A stretch of 63,594 nt of DNA, counting the filler. It is 4 parts of 4 records of this genome, joined end to end, with 100 filler letters (N's around TTAATTAATTAA, not from the genome) between each part and the next. Parts side by side here need not be neighbours in the genome. Positions count along the whole stretch, not along the records: positions 8,036 to 39,946 come from DRR723986_3496; positions 40,047 to 53,613 come from DRR723986_3497; 2 more parts are not named here. One strand, written 5' to 3'. A model generated the notes under the pieces. It was not told the DNA's origin. It did not search any database and worked only from the letters and a program-made list of their open reading frames with translations. The number at the start of each line of letters is the position of its first letter. Within the stretch, counting starts at the first letter, position 1. Of the stretch, positions 29,548 through 40,047 are shown in pieces. Position numbers and translations under genes: made by a program.

Positions 29548-30633
29548 TCAGGACTTGCCGACTTCCCAGACGTCGCCAGTCTCCAGAAGAGCCTGTAAAT
29601 CGCCGCTGCCGCGTTTGCTGCGTGCATCGTCAATCTGTGCAATCAGTTCATCTTCATAACGTGCGCGGTCCTCAGCCAGAAGAACCCCAAAGGCACGTGG
29701 CATGTTTTCCAATGAGTCCATGCGGCTCAACACAAAGGCCATAGCGCGGTCGCTCTCATCAAAAACTGTCACATCATCGGCCGAATGTTTGCCGTCGTCC
29801 AGATTGATACTCGTGGCGCGCAGTCCGTCAATGCGAATGCCCTTATTGCGCTCCGCACCGTAGATCATTGGCCGGCCATTCTCCAGATAGAGGCTGGTCT
29901 CAGCGCGCTGCGCCTTGTCGGTGAATTCCTCAAATACACCGTCGTTAAAGACAATGCAATTCTGGTAAATTTCAATGAAAGACGTGCCTTTATGTGCTGC
30001 TGCGCGCCGCAGTATGCTGTTCAAATGTTTAAGATCGCGGTCCATTGTTCTTGCAACAAACGTCGCTTCAGCACCGATTACCAACGAGAGCGGGTTGAAG
30101 GGGTGGTCCAGTGAGCCCAGGGGTGTGGATTTCGTTACCAGCCCGGGAGCCGACGTCGGCGAGTACTGCCCTTTGGTCAGCCCGTAAATTTCATTGTTAA
30201 ACAACAAGACATTGAGGTCCACATTGCGCCGCATCAGATGTAGCAGGTGATTCCCGCCAATACTGAGGCCATCACCATCGCCGGTTACGACCCAGATGGA
30301 AAGGTCCGGTCGTGCTATCTTGAGCCCCGTTGCCAGGGAAGGTGCGCGTCCGTGGATGCTATGGAATCCATAGGTATCCATGTAATATGGGAAGCGGCTG
30401 GAACAGCCGATACCGGAAACGAAGACAATCTTTTCCTTGGGAATGCCCAGGTCAGGCATAACCTTCTGCATCTGCGCTAAAATTGCGTAGTCACCGCAGC
30501 CTGGGCACCAGCGAATATCCTGATCCGACTTGAAGTCTTTTATGGAGTAAGGCCCCTTGCCATTGGTGTGGCCATTGCTATGGCCATTCCCATTTTGGGT
30601 TTGTGCGGCCGCCTGCTCAAAAATCGCATTCAT
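29548..30633 (-). CDS. korB: 2-oxoacid:ferredoxin oxidoreductase beta subunit
   Basis: WCPGCGD, SGIGCSSR, IHGR, TPP motif GDGD..NNEIYGLTKGQYSPT. Confidence 0.93.
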   Translation of the reverse strand: MNAIFEQAAAQTQNGNGHSNGHTNGKGPYSIKDFKSDQDIRWCPGCGDYAILAQMQKVMPDLGIPKEKIVFVSGIGCSSRFPYYMDTYGFHSIHGRAPSLATGLKIARPDLSIWVVTGDGDGLSIGGNHLLHLMRRNVDLNVLLFNNEIYGLTKGQYSPTSAPGLVTKSTPLGSLDHPFNPLSLVIGAEATFVARTMDRDLKHLNSILRRAAAHKGTSFIEIYQNCIVFNDGVFEEFTDKAQRAETSLYLENGRPMIYGAERNKGIRIDGLRATSINLDDGKHSADDVTVFDESDRAMAFVLSRMDSLENMPRAFGVLLAEDRARYEDELIAQIDDARSKRGSGDLQALLETGDVWEVGKS

Positions 30634-30662
30634 CTTGTGTAGTCCTTTCAGCTGAATATTTT

Positions 30663-32615
30663 TCAGGAGGCAGATAGTGCTTGCACTGGGTCCGTCACGC
30701 TCTTTTGTTCTGCATCGGCAGCCGCAGGAGCTTCATCCTTGCCGGAAGTGCCGTTTGCCGGGCCTTGGGGATCAGAGCTGTTACCGGCCAATGCAGCTTC
30801 AACGGCAGCTTCAATCTCGACCTCGCGGAAGGGCAGGCCCTGGATCTTGGTCAGTCGTACAGCCGGCGTCAGGAACTTGGCGCGCAGGATGTTAACCAGC
30901 TGGCCGTCGTTCAGTTCGGGTACGATTACGTGCGTGAATTTTCCCATTACCTCAGCCAGGTTGCGTGGCAGTGGGTTGAGGTAGCGCAAATGTGCATGCC
31001 CAATTCTTCGGCCCAGGCGTCGCTGGCGGATCATTGCCTCGCGAATTGCACCGTAGGTGCTGCCCCAGCCAACCAGCAGAACATCACCCTCCTGATCTCC
31101 TTCAACTTCCAGTTCGGGAAGTTCGTCGGCCAGGCGTTCAATCTTGGCAGAGCGCAGGTGCACCATTTTCTCGTGATTAAGCGGATCGTAGCTAACATTG
31201 CCACTGCCGTCTTCTTTTTCAAGTCCACCAATGCGGTGCTCGTGTCCCGGCGTGCCCGGCAGGGCCCAAGGGCGTGCCAGCGTCTCGGGGTCACGACGGT
31301 AGGGTTCGAATTCCGCGCCTTCAGGCACAAAGCCCGGATCGATTTTTGGCAGCGAAGCCACATCCGGCAGGGACCATGGTTCAGTGCCGTTCGCAATGTA
31401 ATTGTCGGAGAGTATAAAGACCGGCGTCATCGTCCGCATCGCCAGGCGTGCAGCCTCGATTGCCATGTCAAAACAGTCGGAAGGAGTTGCCGGAGCCAAA
31501 ACAATCACCGGAGCTTCACTGTTGCGGCCGTAGAGCGCCTGGAACAGATCGGCCTGTTCCACCTTGGTCGGCATGCCGGTGCTGGGGCCGGCGCGTTGCA
31601 CGTCGATGACAATCAAGGGCAGCTCCGTCATCACCGCCAGACCAATCGCCTCACTTTTGAGTGAGAGGCCCGGACCACTCGTGGAGGTCACGGCCAGCGC
31701 TCCACCAAAAGCTGCGCCGATTGCGCTCGTGACTGCCGCAATTTCGTCTTCAGCCTGAAAAGTCTTGATCCCAAAGTGTTTCAGCCGCGCCAAATAGTGC
31801 AGAATATCGCTCGCCGGAGTAATTGGGTATGAACCCAGGAATACTTCCAGTCCCGATTGCTGCCCGGCGGCTACAAGCCCATACGCCAGCGCCAGATTGC
31901 CGGAGATATTGCGATAGCGGCCGGGGGCCAGTTTGGCCGGCTCCACCACGTAACGCACATGGAAAATCTCCGTCGTCTCACCATAATTCCAGCCGGCCTT
32001 CAGTGCCAGGACATTTGCTTCGGCGATGTCCGGTAACTTCTTGAACTTGTCCTGCGCCCAGCGAATGGTAGGCTCAAGCGGCCGGCCGTACAGCCAGTAG
32101 AGCATCCCCAGCGCAAAGAAGTTTTTAGTGCGATCGACTTCTTTGGAGCTGAGATTCGATTCTTTGAGGGCCCGCGCCGTCAGCCGTGATGCATCAACTA
32201 CAAACAGCTTATAAGCTTCCAGCGAGCCATCTTCCAGCGGATTCTGCGCATAGCCGGAAAGGCGCAAATTCTTTTTGTTAAAACCTTCGGTGTTGGCAAT
32301 GATCATTCCGCCGCTACGCAAACCGGCGAGGTTCACCTTCAAAGCCGCAGCATTCATCGCCACCAGCACGTCAAAAGCATCACCAGGTGTATTGACTTCC
32401 GAACTGCCGAAGTGCAGCTGAAAGCTACTGACGCCATACAGAGTGCCCTGTGGCGCGCGAATCTCCGCCGGAAAATCTGGCAACGTGCTGATGTCGTTGC
32501 CAAAAATTGCCGAAGTGTGCGAAAACTGCGTACCCGTTAATTGCATCCCGTCGCCGGAGTCGCCGGCAAAGCGTATCGTGACGTCTTCCAGGTATTCTAC
32601 CGAACTCTGAGCCAT
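30663..32615 (-). CDS. korA: 2-oxoacid:ferredoxin oxidoreductase alpha subunit (gamma-alpha fusion)
   Basis: AGDSGDG, PAEIR, YPITPAS, QAEDEIAA, TSGPG, QRAGPSTGMPTK. Confidence 0.93.
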   Translation of the reverse strand: MAQSSVEYLEDVTIRFAGDSGDGMQLTGTQFSHTSAIFGNDISTLPDFPAEIRAPQGTLYGVSSFQLHFGSSEVNTPGDAFDVLVAMNAAALKVNLAGLRSGGMIIANTEGFNKKNLRLSGYAQNPLEDGSLEAYKLFVVDASRLTARALKESNLSSKEVDRTKNFFALGMLYWLYGRPLEPTIRWAQDKFKKLPDIAEANVLALKAGWNYGETTEIFHVRYVVEPAKLAPGRYRNISGNLALAYGLVAAGQQSGLEVFLGSYPITPASDILHYLARLKHFGIKTFQAEDEIAAVTSAIGAAFGGALAVTSTSGPGLSLKSEAIGLAVMTELPLIVIDVQRAGPSTGMPTKVEQADLFQALYGRNSEAPVIVLAPATPSDCFDMAIEAARLAMRTMTPVFILSDNYIANGTEPWSLPDVASLPKIDPGFVPEGAEFEPYRRDPETLARPWALPGTPGHEHRIGGLEKEDGSGNVSYDPLNHEKMVHLRSAKIERLADELPELEVEGDQEGDVLLVGWGSTYGAIREAMIRQRRLGRRIGHAHLRYLNPLPRNLAEVMGKFTHVIVPELNDGQLVNILRAKFLTPAVRLTKIQGLPFREVEIEAAVEAALAGNSSDPQGPANGTSGKDEAPAAADAEQKSVTDPVQALSAS

Positions 32616-32837
32616 ACCGTTTCCTTTCCTTTACGCCCTAAATTTGAGGGCGCTGCAAACTTTCGATGCCTAGCGACGATCCAAGCGGTGAATTCGTTCG
32701 TCGTTCGTATTGCAATGTTACACCCGGGCAGCGCTTTTCGTTCGCTCTGCGCAAACCAGTGGCTGGGAAACACTTTCAAACAGCGTAATCCCGGCCACTC
32801 GCCACAGTCAAAAAATCCCTGAAATCACAGTTGCCAA

Positions 32838-33860
32838 TCAGCCGAAATTCGGTACCAGCCCGATCTTCTTATAGACTTTGCGGACTGTCTTAAATGCTCG
32901 GCGGCGCGCCGCTTCGGCTCCGCGCTGCAGGACGTCGCTAAGGAAGGCTTTGTCATCCATCAGGCGTGTGTATTCGGCCTGCATTGGAGCCAGCATTTCT
33001 ATCAAAACTTCAGCCAGCTCGGACTTTAGCTCTGCGTAGTTCTTGCCGGCAAAATTGGCTTCGATGTCGGCCATGTCCTGATTTGTGGCTACCTGATAAA
33101 GTGTCAGCAGGTTGCTCACCGCCGGCCGTGACTCGTCCATCCGAATCTCATTGCCGGAGTCAGTTACGGCGCGTTTGATTTTGCCGCGTATCTCGTCGGC
33201 CGAATCCGTCAGAAAGATCGTTGAGCGCTGATTCGCATCGGACTTGGACATCTTTTTGGTCGGCTCCTGCAAACTCATGATACGCGCACCCGCCGGAGTT
33301 ATGTAGGGATCCGGAACAGCGAAGGTTTTGGAGTAGTGATGGTTAAAACGCTCAGCCAGGTTGCGTGCCAGCTCCAGGTGTTGTTTCTGGTCGGCGCCAA
33401 CCGGCACAAGGTCGGTCATGTACAGCAGGATGTCGGCGGCCATCAAGATTGGATAAGTGAACAGGCCAACCATCTCAGTGTGTTTGGCGCTCTTTTCCTT
33501 AAACTGTGTCATGCGCTGGCATTCACCCATGGAAGTCTGGCAAGTGAGGATCCAGGCCAGTTCGGCATGCTGTGGTACGTGCGATTGCAGGAAAATAGTC
33601 GATTTCTCTGGGTCAATTCCCGAAGCGATGTACAGTGCAGCCAGTTCCATCGACCGTTTGCGCAATTCGGCCGGGGTTTGGCGTACGGTGATAGCGTGCA
33701 GGTCTACAACGCAGAAAATACAGTCGTGGGTCTGTTGTAATTTGGTCCAGTTTCGCAGAGCACCGGCGTAGTTGCCGATCATGAGGCGCCCGGTGGGCTG
33801 CATACCACTGAAGATGATTTTCTTGTTTTGCGCTGCGTCTGAAGTTTCAGGAGTTGACAT
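32838..33860 (-). CDS. trpS: Tryptophan--tRNA ligase
   Basis: SGMQPTG, MIGN (HIGH-like), VDLHAIT, YPILMAADIL, VGADQKQH, KMSKS. Confidence 0.97.
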   Translation of the reverse strand: MSTPETSDAAQNKKIIFSGMQPTGRLMIGNYAGALRNWTKLQQTHDCIFCVVDLHAITVRQTPAELRKRSMELAALYIASGIDPEKSTIFLQSHVPQHAELAWILTCQTSMGECQRMTQFKEKSAKHTEMVGLFTYPILMAADILLYMTDLVPVGADQKQHLELARNLAERFNHHYSKTFAVPDPYITPAGARIMSLQEPTKKMSKSDANQRSTIFLTDSADEIRGKIKRAVTDSGNEIRMDESRPAVSNLLTLYQVATNQDMADIEANFAGKNYAELKSELAEVLIEMLAPMQAEYTRLMDDKAFLSDVLQRGAEAARRRAFKTVRKVYKKIGLVPNFG

Positions 33861-34166
33861 TGCCCGATTATCCGCTGTGTTAGGCTTAATAAACAGAATC
33901 GTTGATCCTGCAATTTAGCATCCGCGCCAGACAATCACCAATGAATGCTCCGCCACGCGCCCTGGGTGTAAGGGCGTATTGTGATATTCAGGATTTGGGA
34001 AAGATGTCCCAGAAGGAATGCCGGGGGCTGCGCCTCAACCCCATCGACTTCCAAAAAATGCATAATTCGTATTAACAGCCGTACTCACGTTGTGGACCCG
34101 GGTACGCGAGCAGTCTGCTTCCACACTGGGCCTCGTGGTTGGCGGGGAGGCCAGACAGGTGGAATC

Positions 34167-34826
34167 TTAACTGCGGAAGTAGTCAAAAATAACCTGGAGG
34201 TGTGCATCATACACATCCCAGACCGGCTGCTTCGCAATACGTGCCGTAATGGCTCCGCCGTAAAAAGCGGCTTGCAAAAGTTTTGAGACTTCTACCGGCT
34301 CAATTTGATCGGAGACGTCTCCCTTGTCAATCGCAAGTATTAGATGTTTACGAAACATCGTGGCCAACTCGGGAGCCGGGCGGTCACTTACTGCTGGTTG
34401 ATTCGGGAATAGGATTTGTTTTTCAGCATAGTTCGGTTCGATATGCTCGGGCAATTCCGGCAGAGCGGCTACAACGCCAAACATGCCATACATTAGTCCC
34501 GGCTTTTCTTCGATATCGGCCGATGCTGCTTCAAACAAATGCTCAATGGCGAGAACGCCAGAGATTTCATTGACTTCCTGTTCCACAGAGCGGCGTAAAC
34601 ACCACACGCGGAAATAGTATAACAGGATGTCTTCTTTTTGCGGGAAGTACTTATAGAGCGTTACTGCTGAAATCTCAGCCCGTTCGCATATCTCTTCGAT
34701 ATGCAAATCTTTGAACTCGCGTTTGCCAATAAGTTCGACGGCGCTTTCCAGTATCGTCAACTTGAGGCGAGCGCTTTTCTTTTCGCGTAAGCTCAGCTCC
34801 CGGCTTGCGGGTTTACCACGTGCCAT
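34167..34826 (-). CDS. TetR/AcrR-family transcriptional regulator
   Basis: N-terminal HTH: ILESAVEL..IEEICERAEISAVTLYKYFPQKEDIL. Confidence 0.9.
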   Translation of the reverse strand: MARGKPASRELSLREKKSARLKLTILESAVELIGKREFKDLHIEEICERAEISAVTLYKYFPQKEDILLYYFRVWCLRRSVEQEVNEISGVLAIEHLFEAASADIEEKPGLMYGMFGVVAALPELPEHIEPNYAEKQILFPNQPAVSDRPAPELATMFRKHLILAIDKGDVSDQIEPVEVSKLLQAAFYGGAITARIAKQPVWDVYDAHLQVIFDYFRS

Positions 34827-35604
34827 CGGATGTGATTTCCGTTAATTACTTTAAACTGGACAGGAACGACTTGTAGAGTGTCTCTTCGGAGAAACAAAAG
34901 AATAATCTACAAAAAGAAATTCTTTTAATACAGTAAAATCAACAAACGCGGCTCTCCAGCAGTCCAGCGTGTGGCTCCAAACTGTGGACGTGAAGCCCCC
35001 TTTTTCAGGCCGTCGTACTTTTTGCTACTTAACGGTCGGAACGCCAATCGTAAATGCTTAGGAATAAGTCAGTTAAAAAAATGACTGGAATTTGGATGTA
35101 TCAATATTTGTTAATTTATGTGCGAAATGCACACTGGAAATACGTGCGCCACCAAGCCGCACATCGGCAACACTTGCGAGCCCTTGGCTGCAACAGGCCC
35201 GGGCTGCCAATACTGTTAATCGCACCGTTTTGTTCGCATTCGGTTAAGGTTTGGAAAAAGTGTAACACAGCCGGTCAAAATCTTAACAAGTTTTGCTCAT
35301 GCTTACGTCTTGCCAAATAACAGGCATGCGATAATGCCGGTGGTTCTCAGAAATACTGGCGTGTGGCATGGTGCATTGTGGCCAGAAAAAACTGTCTGAA
35401 TTTTTACTTCTATCTCAGTGCAAAACAAGAAGGCTTTTGTAAGAGTATTGCCCCAAAAAGAACAGAGTCGTTCCAATGTTGGTTTTGTGCTGTTAAGTTG
35501 CCACAATAAATTGAATTGAAAATGAAGTGCTGATTCTGGATACATTAGCGCGAATTTGGTGGGGCGTAAACACGCCCGCGCTGCGCATTGAACAAGGACC
35601 ACAA

Positions 35605-36765
35605 ATGCTAAGTTTTTGGGAACAGGCCGCGCTTGAACAGGTCGACTACCTCGTCGTAGGTGCTGGATTAATGGGCATGCAGACGGCGTTGTGCCTGCGT
35701 GAACAGAATGCCAATGCGCGAATTGTAGTGTTGGAACGGCATGCTCCGCCGCGTGGAGCCAGTACGCGTAATGCCGGATTTGCCTGTTTTGGCAGTCCCG
35801 GCGAACTACTGGACGACATTAAAAATTTTGGGGAGGGTACAACTCTCGCAGTTGTGGAACGCCGCTATCGTGGGCTGCGCAAGCTGCGCCAGACTTTTGG
35901 TGACGAAGTGCTCAATTTTGAGGCCGAATGCGGACATGAGGTATTGGATCAAAAATCCGCGCTTAGTGCTGATGCCATTGGCGACTTAAACAGACAGCTG
36001 CAGCCCATTTTTGCTGCCGACGTTTTTAGTATGCCGCCTGCCCTGGCTGAGCGCTATGGTTTTTCTGCCAGGCACGTTTCTGCGGTAGTTAAAACACGGT
36101 TTGAAGGCGCATTGGATAGTGGCCGCCTGAGCCGCGCCCTGCAGACCGCCTTACGCGCTGCCGATATTGAACTTCTCTGTGGTGTTGAAGCCCAATCATT
36201 GCACATCAAACATCAAGGGGCCGAACTACACGCAGTCTCCGGCCGCACCGATTTGCGCTTCAGTGCGCGTGCCGTAGCGCTGTGTGCCAATTCGGCTATT
36301 CCGGGTTTGCTCGCTACGCTGGACGATAAGGACATTGATATTCCATCCATTCAGCCGGGCCGTGGACAGGTACTGATTACAAATCCAATAGAGGGTTTGC
36401 CCTGGTCTGGAGTGTTCCATGCGGATCGCGGTTTTTTGTATTTCCGTAGAGTGGCAGACCGCGTATTACTTGGCGGTGCGCGCAACCGCGATTTCAGCGC
36501 TGAGCAAACCGAGTCACCTGAGCTTAACAGCCGTATTCAGGAATATCTGGAACAGTACCTTCGCGATGTAATCTTGCCGGGCCGCAAACATACGGTTGAA
36601 CGCCGCTGGGCCGGAATTATGGGTTTTACTCCAGATAAACAAGCGTGTGTTAAACAACTTGCTCCGTATATTTTTGTCGGTTTTGCCTGCAATGGAATGG
36701 GCGTGGCGCTTTCGGCCGAAGCGTCCCAACGAACGGCACAGCTCATCATTGAAGCCCAAAACTAA
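35605..36765 (+). CDS. FAD-dependent oxidoreductase (DAO/DadA family)
   Basis: MLSFWE; VVGAGLMG; GASTRNAGF; RGQVL; WAGIMG; CNGMGVAL. Confidence 0.9.
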   Translation: MLSFWEQAALEQVDYLVVGAGLMGMQTALCLREQNANARIVVLERHAPPRGASTRNAGFACFGSPGELLDDIKNFGEGTTLAVVERRYRGLRKLRQTFGDEVLNFEAECGHEVLDQKSALSADAIGDLNRQLQPIFAADVFSMPPALAERYGFSARHVSAVVKTRFEGALDSGRLSRALQTALRAADIELLCGVEAQSLHIKHQGAELHAVSGRTDLRFSARAVALCANSAIPGLLATLDDKDIDIPSIQPGRGQVLITNPIEGLPWSGVFHADRGFLYFRRVADRVLLGGARNRDFSAEQTESPELNSRIQEYLEQYLRDVILPGRKHTVERRWAGIMGFTPDKQACVKQLAPYIFVGFACNGMGVALSAEASQRTAQLIIEAQN

Positions 36766-36836
36766 GGGGCGGCATCCACGCTCGCCAGGTCGGCCAAAAT
36801 TATTGGGTGTGAATTTTGGCCTGCAGTCCTGAGTGT

Positions 36837-38315
36837 TTAAGCAACTGTTGCCGCAGCCTGCCATTCTGCGTCACTGGTCTCCGGAGCATCCTTGGCAGCC
36901 AAAGCCGCGAGGCAGTCATTCACATAGTCTTCAGTGCGCATGCCAACCAGCACGCAGCTGACTGCCGAATGCCGGCGTACGGCGTTGAGTGCCAGATGTG
37001 AAAGTGAGTCAGTTTTGTCCTTAAACAGCGGGCCAAATTTTTCGAGCAGCGTCTGAGCCTGCTGTGCCGAGCTGTGGGCATGCAAGTTGTCAATCATTGC
37101 AAAAAGCTTGGAACTCTGTGCAATGAAACTTCCGGCCCAGACATCTACTGCCGGGTCCTTAAGTCGCGCCAGGAAGTCTATGCCATGTTTAATGCGTGGT
37201 TCAAAGTGCCGCTGCTTTGCGCTCTGCCAGTGTTCGCGACCTTCGAAGGCATCCAGGCTTCTGTTTAAGGCGCTGCCGGGGCTTAACCATTCGTTGAGAG
37301 TGTTTTTCTCTTCGTCATTCAGTTGAATAGCTGGAAGGATTTCGGTGCGGAAACGTTCTTCCAACTTGAGCATTTTGTTAAGTTGTTTGCGGACTTCAGG
37401 CTCCTGGACTTCCTGGTAGCCGCGTGGTGCTGCCAGGCGAATCAGCTGATTTTTGGTGATCGCGTTTAAGGGCCGGTTAATTAACACTGCCAGTCCCCGG
37501 CGTGCCGCCAGGTCCAGAACGCTCTCGCTCTTGTCATTCTGGTTAAGCTGTGTCGCCGCCGCATGTTCCAGGAGATTAAACGGCATTTGCACGACTTTAA
37601 AACTGTGCTGTGGATTGAGCGCAGCAGCTATCTGCAAAATGCGCTCCAGCGAGCAGAAGTCGGCGGCATCCGCATTACCTACAAAGGTGTTGGAAGAGAT
37701 GCCATAGTTGCGAATGCGGCCTGCACCTACTTCGCGCTCCAGCTGTGTAAATGCATCCTGAATACGAGTGTAAAATTCTGTTCGTGCCGCCTGCTTGTCA
37801 ATATCATTGGCAGCCGCATGCATCAGGAAATATTCGGGGTTGTGTAGCAGGAGGGTGTCCACGTAGCTCAGCTTCAGGCGGTCCAGCGACTCCGTTAACT
37901 GGTCGTGGATAAACTGCGGGTCTATGCTGTGGCGCAGATGGTCGGCGTAGTTCACGACTTTGGCGTACTTCTTTTCCGTGTTATCGAGTGCACGCACGCG
38001 TTCCAGGTTAGCGCCCTGGATGTAACCAACCTTGGTCACCACGTGAATATCCTGGCGATGGACTTCTTGCTTAAAAAGCATGCCACCCAGGACTTCACCA
38101 ACTAATTCTTCACTCTGTCCATCAGCGTAATTCGTAGACGTGTCTATCAAATTGAGACCACTTAACAGAGCTTTGTGCAGCGCCTGTTTATGGGAGTTAT
38201 TGCGCGCGGAAACGCGATATCCGCCAAAGCCAAAAGGCGCAACGGCTCGACCCGGGAATTGCATCTGAAATGGGATGTCTGGAAACTTGCTGGTGTAGGC
38301 CTCGCGTGTCTGCAT
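36837..38315 (-). CDS. Aldo/keto reductase family protein
   Basis: GFGGYR, IDTSTNY, VTKVG, SLDRL, LLHNPE, YGISSN, QMPFN, VLVGMR. Start uncertain. Confidence 0.88.
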   Translation of the reverse strand: MQTREAYTSKFPDIPFQMQFPGRAVAPFGFGGYRVSARNNSHKQALHKALLSGLNLIDTSTNYADGQSEELVGEVLGGMLFKQEVHRQDIHVVTKVGYIQGANLERVRALDNTEKKYAKVVNYADHLRHSIDPQFIHDQLTESLDRLKLSYVDTLLLHNPEYFLMHAAANDIDKQAARTEFYTRIQDAFTQLEREVGAGRIRNYGISSNTFVGNADAADFCSLERILQIAAALNPQHSFKVVQMPFNLLEHAAATQLNQNDKSESVLDLAARRGLAVLINRPLNAITKNQLIRLAAPRGYQEVQEPEVRKQLNKMLKLEERFRTEILPAIQLNDEEKNTLNEWLSPGSALNRSLDAFEGREHWQSAKQRHFEPRIKHGIDFLARLKDPAVDVWAGSFIAQSSKLFAMIDNLHAHSSAQQAQTLLEKFGPLFKDKTDSLSHLALNAVRRHSAVSCVLVGMRTEDYVNDCLAALAAKDAPETSDAEWQAAATVA

Positions 38316-38607
38316 GCTGCCGCTCTTTTTGGATGTGGATGGAATTCCTTGCGCCCTGTCGCCACGTGTTACAGCCCTGCAGCTCCGCAGTTCACCGGGC
38401 GGCGACAAGCCGAGGAGACGCATAACTTGCAGCAAACGTGTGCTCCCGGCGCGGCACACGCAGCCGGCAAGTCAAAAACGACAAAGCCTCGCGTTTATGT
38501 GCAATGCCCGTAGTTGTTCTGCCGTCATTTGCTGCGGAAGGAATGTAGTGTTGGCGGCGCATCTCCGTGCTTGCCGGCCCAGAGACTGTATTGGGGGAGA
38601 CACACAC

Positions 38608-39792
38608 ATGGAGCTGACATTCCTGACTGAACTGCTTATTTATATCTGGACAGTTAGCGGCTGTGCGCTTTGGCTTTACGTCGGCATCAGCTCGTTCCAG
38701 GCCGTCCGCAAACTCGATGAGCTTGCCCAGGTTGATAAAACCCTGCCCACACCGGCACCACGCCTCAGTATTATAGTTCCCGCCTGCAACGAAGCGGAGA
38801 CCCTGCGTGCCGCGCAGCTCTCACTGCTCGGCCAGGATTATCCCGACTTTGAAGTCATTTTAGTTAACGACCGTTCTACGGATGCTACCGGCGAACTGGT
38901 GGATGCACTTGCGGCTGCGGACGAGCGCGTCAGGGCACTGCATATCAAGTCTTTGCCCGACGGTTGGCTTGGCAAGGTCAATGCCATGCACAGCGCCGCA
39001 AAAATTGCCGCAGGAGAAATTCTCCTGTTTACCGATGCCGACATTGTGTTCGAACCGGACGCTCTGCGCCGCGCCGTGGCACACATGCATGCCCGCAAGT
39101 TGGATCATTTGGCGGCTTTACCTGCGCTGCACACCAAGAGTTTCTGGCTCAAGCTGCTCTCCAATGCATTCGGTGTGCATTTTATGGCGGGCATGAGCAA
39201 GCAGGCCGATCCCGACCGCCGCGAAGCGATTGGCGTTGGCGCGTTTAACATGGTGCGCAAGGATGTGTACCTGCAGCATGGCGGCTTTGAGCGTTTGCGC
39301 CTTGAAGTGGCCGATGATGTTGGCCTGGCCAAGTATCTCTCGGAGCAGGGAGCGCGTTCTTCCATCATTTTTGCGCAAAGGCACATCTCCCTGGAATGGT
39401 ATCCCTCTGTAGGTGCTATGATTCGCGGCTTCGAGAAGAACTTGTTCGCAGCCGTCGGGGGCTTCTCGTTCCTGCGTTCGGCGCTGATTACCGTGGCGAT
39501 CCTGCTGTACGCACTTGCACCATTTATTGGTATTCTGGCTGACTCGGCGCTGGCACTTATCCCTGGAATGGCTGTGGTCGTCAGCCTGATCAGTGGCATT
39601 TTGGTGGCGCGCCGGCACATTGCCGGTGTCGGCTACGAAGGTCTTTTTATGCCATTGGGTCTGTTTCTGCTGGCGGCGGCAATTGCGAACTCGGCACTGC
39701 AGGCCTGGCGGCGCAAGGGCATTTCCTGGCGCGGTACCCTTTACTCAATTGCCGAGTTACGCCGTCACCAGTACGTGCGCATGTTTAAGTAA
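38608..39792 (+). CDS. Membrane GT2 glycosyltransferase (CrtQ/HpnB-like)
   Basis: N-terminal TM; SIIVPACNE; VNDRSTD; GWLGK; FTDAD; ADD; C-terminal TMs and WRG motif. Confidence 0.88.
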   Translation: MELTFLTELLIYIWTVSGCALWLYVGISSFQAVRKLDELAQVDKTLPTPAPRLSIIVPACNEAETLRAAQLSLLGQDYPDFEVILVNDRSTDATGELVDALAAADERVRALHIKSLPDGWLGKVNAMHSAAKIAAGEILLFTDADIVFEPDALRRAVAHMHARKLDHLAALPALHTKSFWLKLLSNAFGVHFMAGMSKQADPDRREAIGVGAFNMVRKDVYLQHGGFERLRLEVADDVGLAKYLSEQGARSSIIFAQRHISLEWYPSVGAMIRGFEKNLFAAVGGFSFLRSALITVAILLYALAPFIGILADSALALIPGMAVVVSLISGILVARRHIAGVGYEGLFMPLGLFLLAAAIANSALQAWRRKGISWRGTLYSIAELRRHQYVRMFK

Positions 39793-39892
39793 GCTTCTGC
39801 GTGAGGGGCACAAAATTTGCGCGCGTGGGCCTTCAATTACGCATTTCTGCGTTGAAAACATCTGGCCGCACGCGCGCAGGATGGGGATCAAA

Positions 39893-39946
39893 GCTTCTGC
39901 TGATCGCTTCTGCTGATCGCTTCTGCTGGTCGCTTCTGCTGGTCGC
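39893..39946 (+). repeat. 13-bp tandem repeat (GCTTCTGCTG[A/G]TC, at least 4 copies) running into the contig end
   Basis: gcttctgctgatc x2, gcttctgctggtc x2, gc, then the N gap. Confidence 0.9.
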
Positions 39947-40046
39947 NNNNNNNNNNNNNNNNNNNNNNNNNNNNNNNNNNNNNNNNNNNNTTAATTAATT
40001 AANNNNNNNNNNNNNNNNNNNNNNNNNNNNNNNNNNNNNNNNNNNN
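39947..40046. other. Artificial contig linker
   Basis: N44-TTAATTAATTAA-N44. Confidence 0.98.
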
Positions 40047-40047
40047 T

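Noticed and set aside
30681-31664. 327-aa plus-strand ORF
   Set aside because: Antisense shadow of korA.
34020-34052. GGGGGCTG...TCGAC as a tmRNA or tRNA 5' end
   Set aside because: No T-arm/CCA 3' end or tag reading frame within the available space.
39893-39946. Repeat as a CRISPR array
   Set aside because: 13-bp units are directly adjacent with no spacers, and no cas genes are present.
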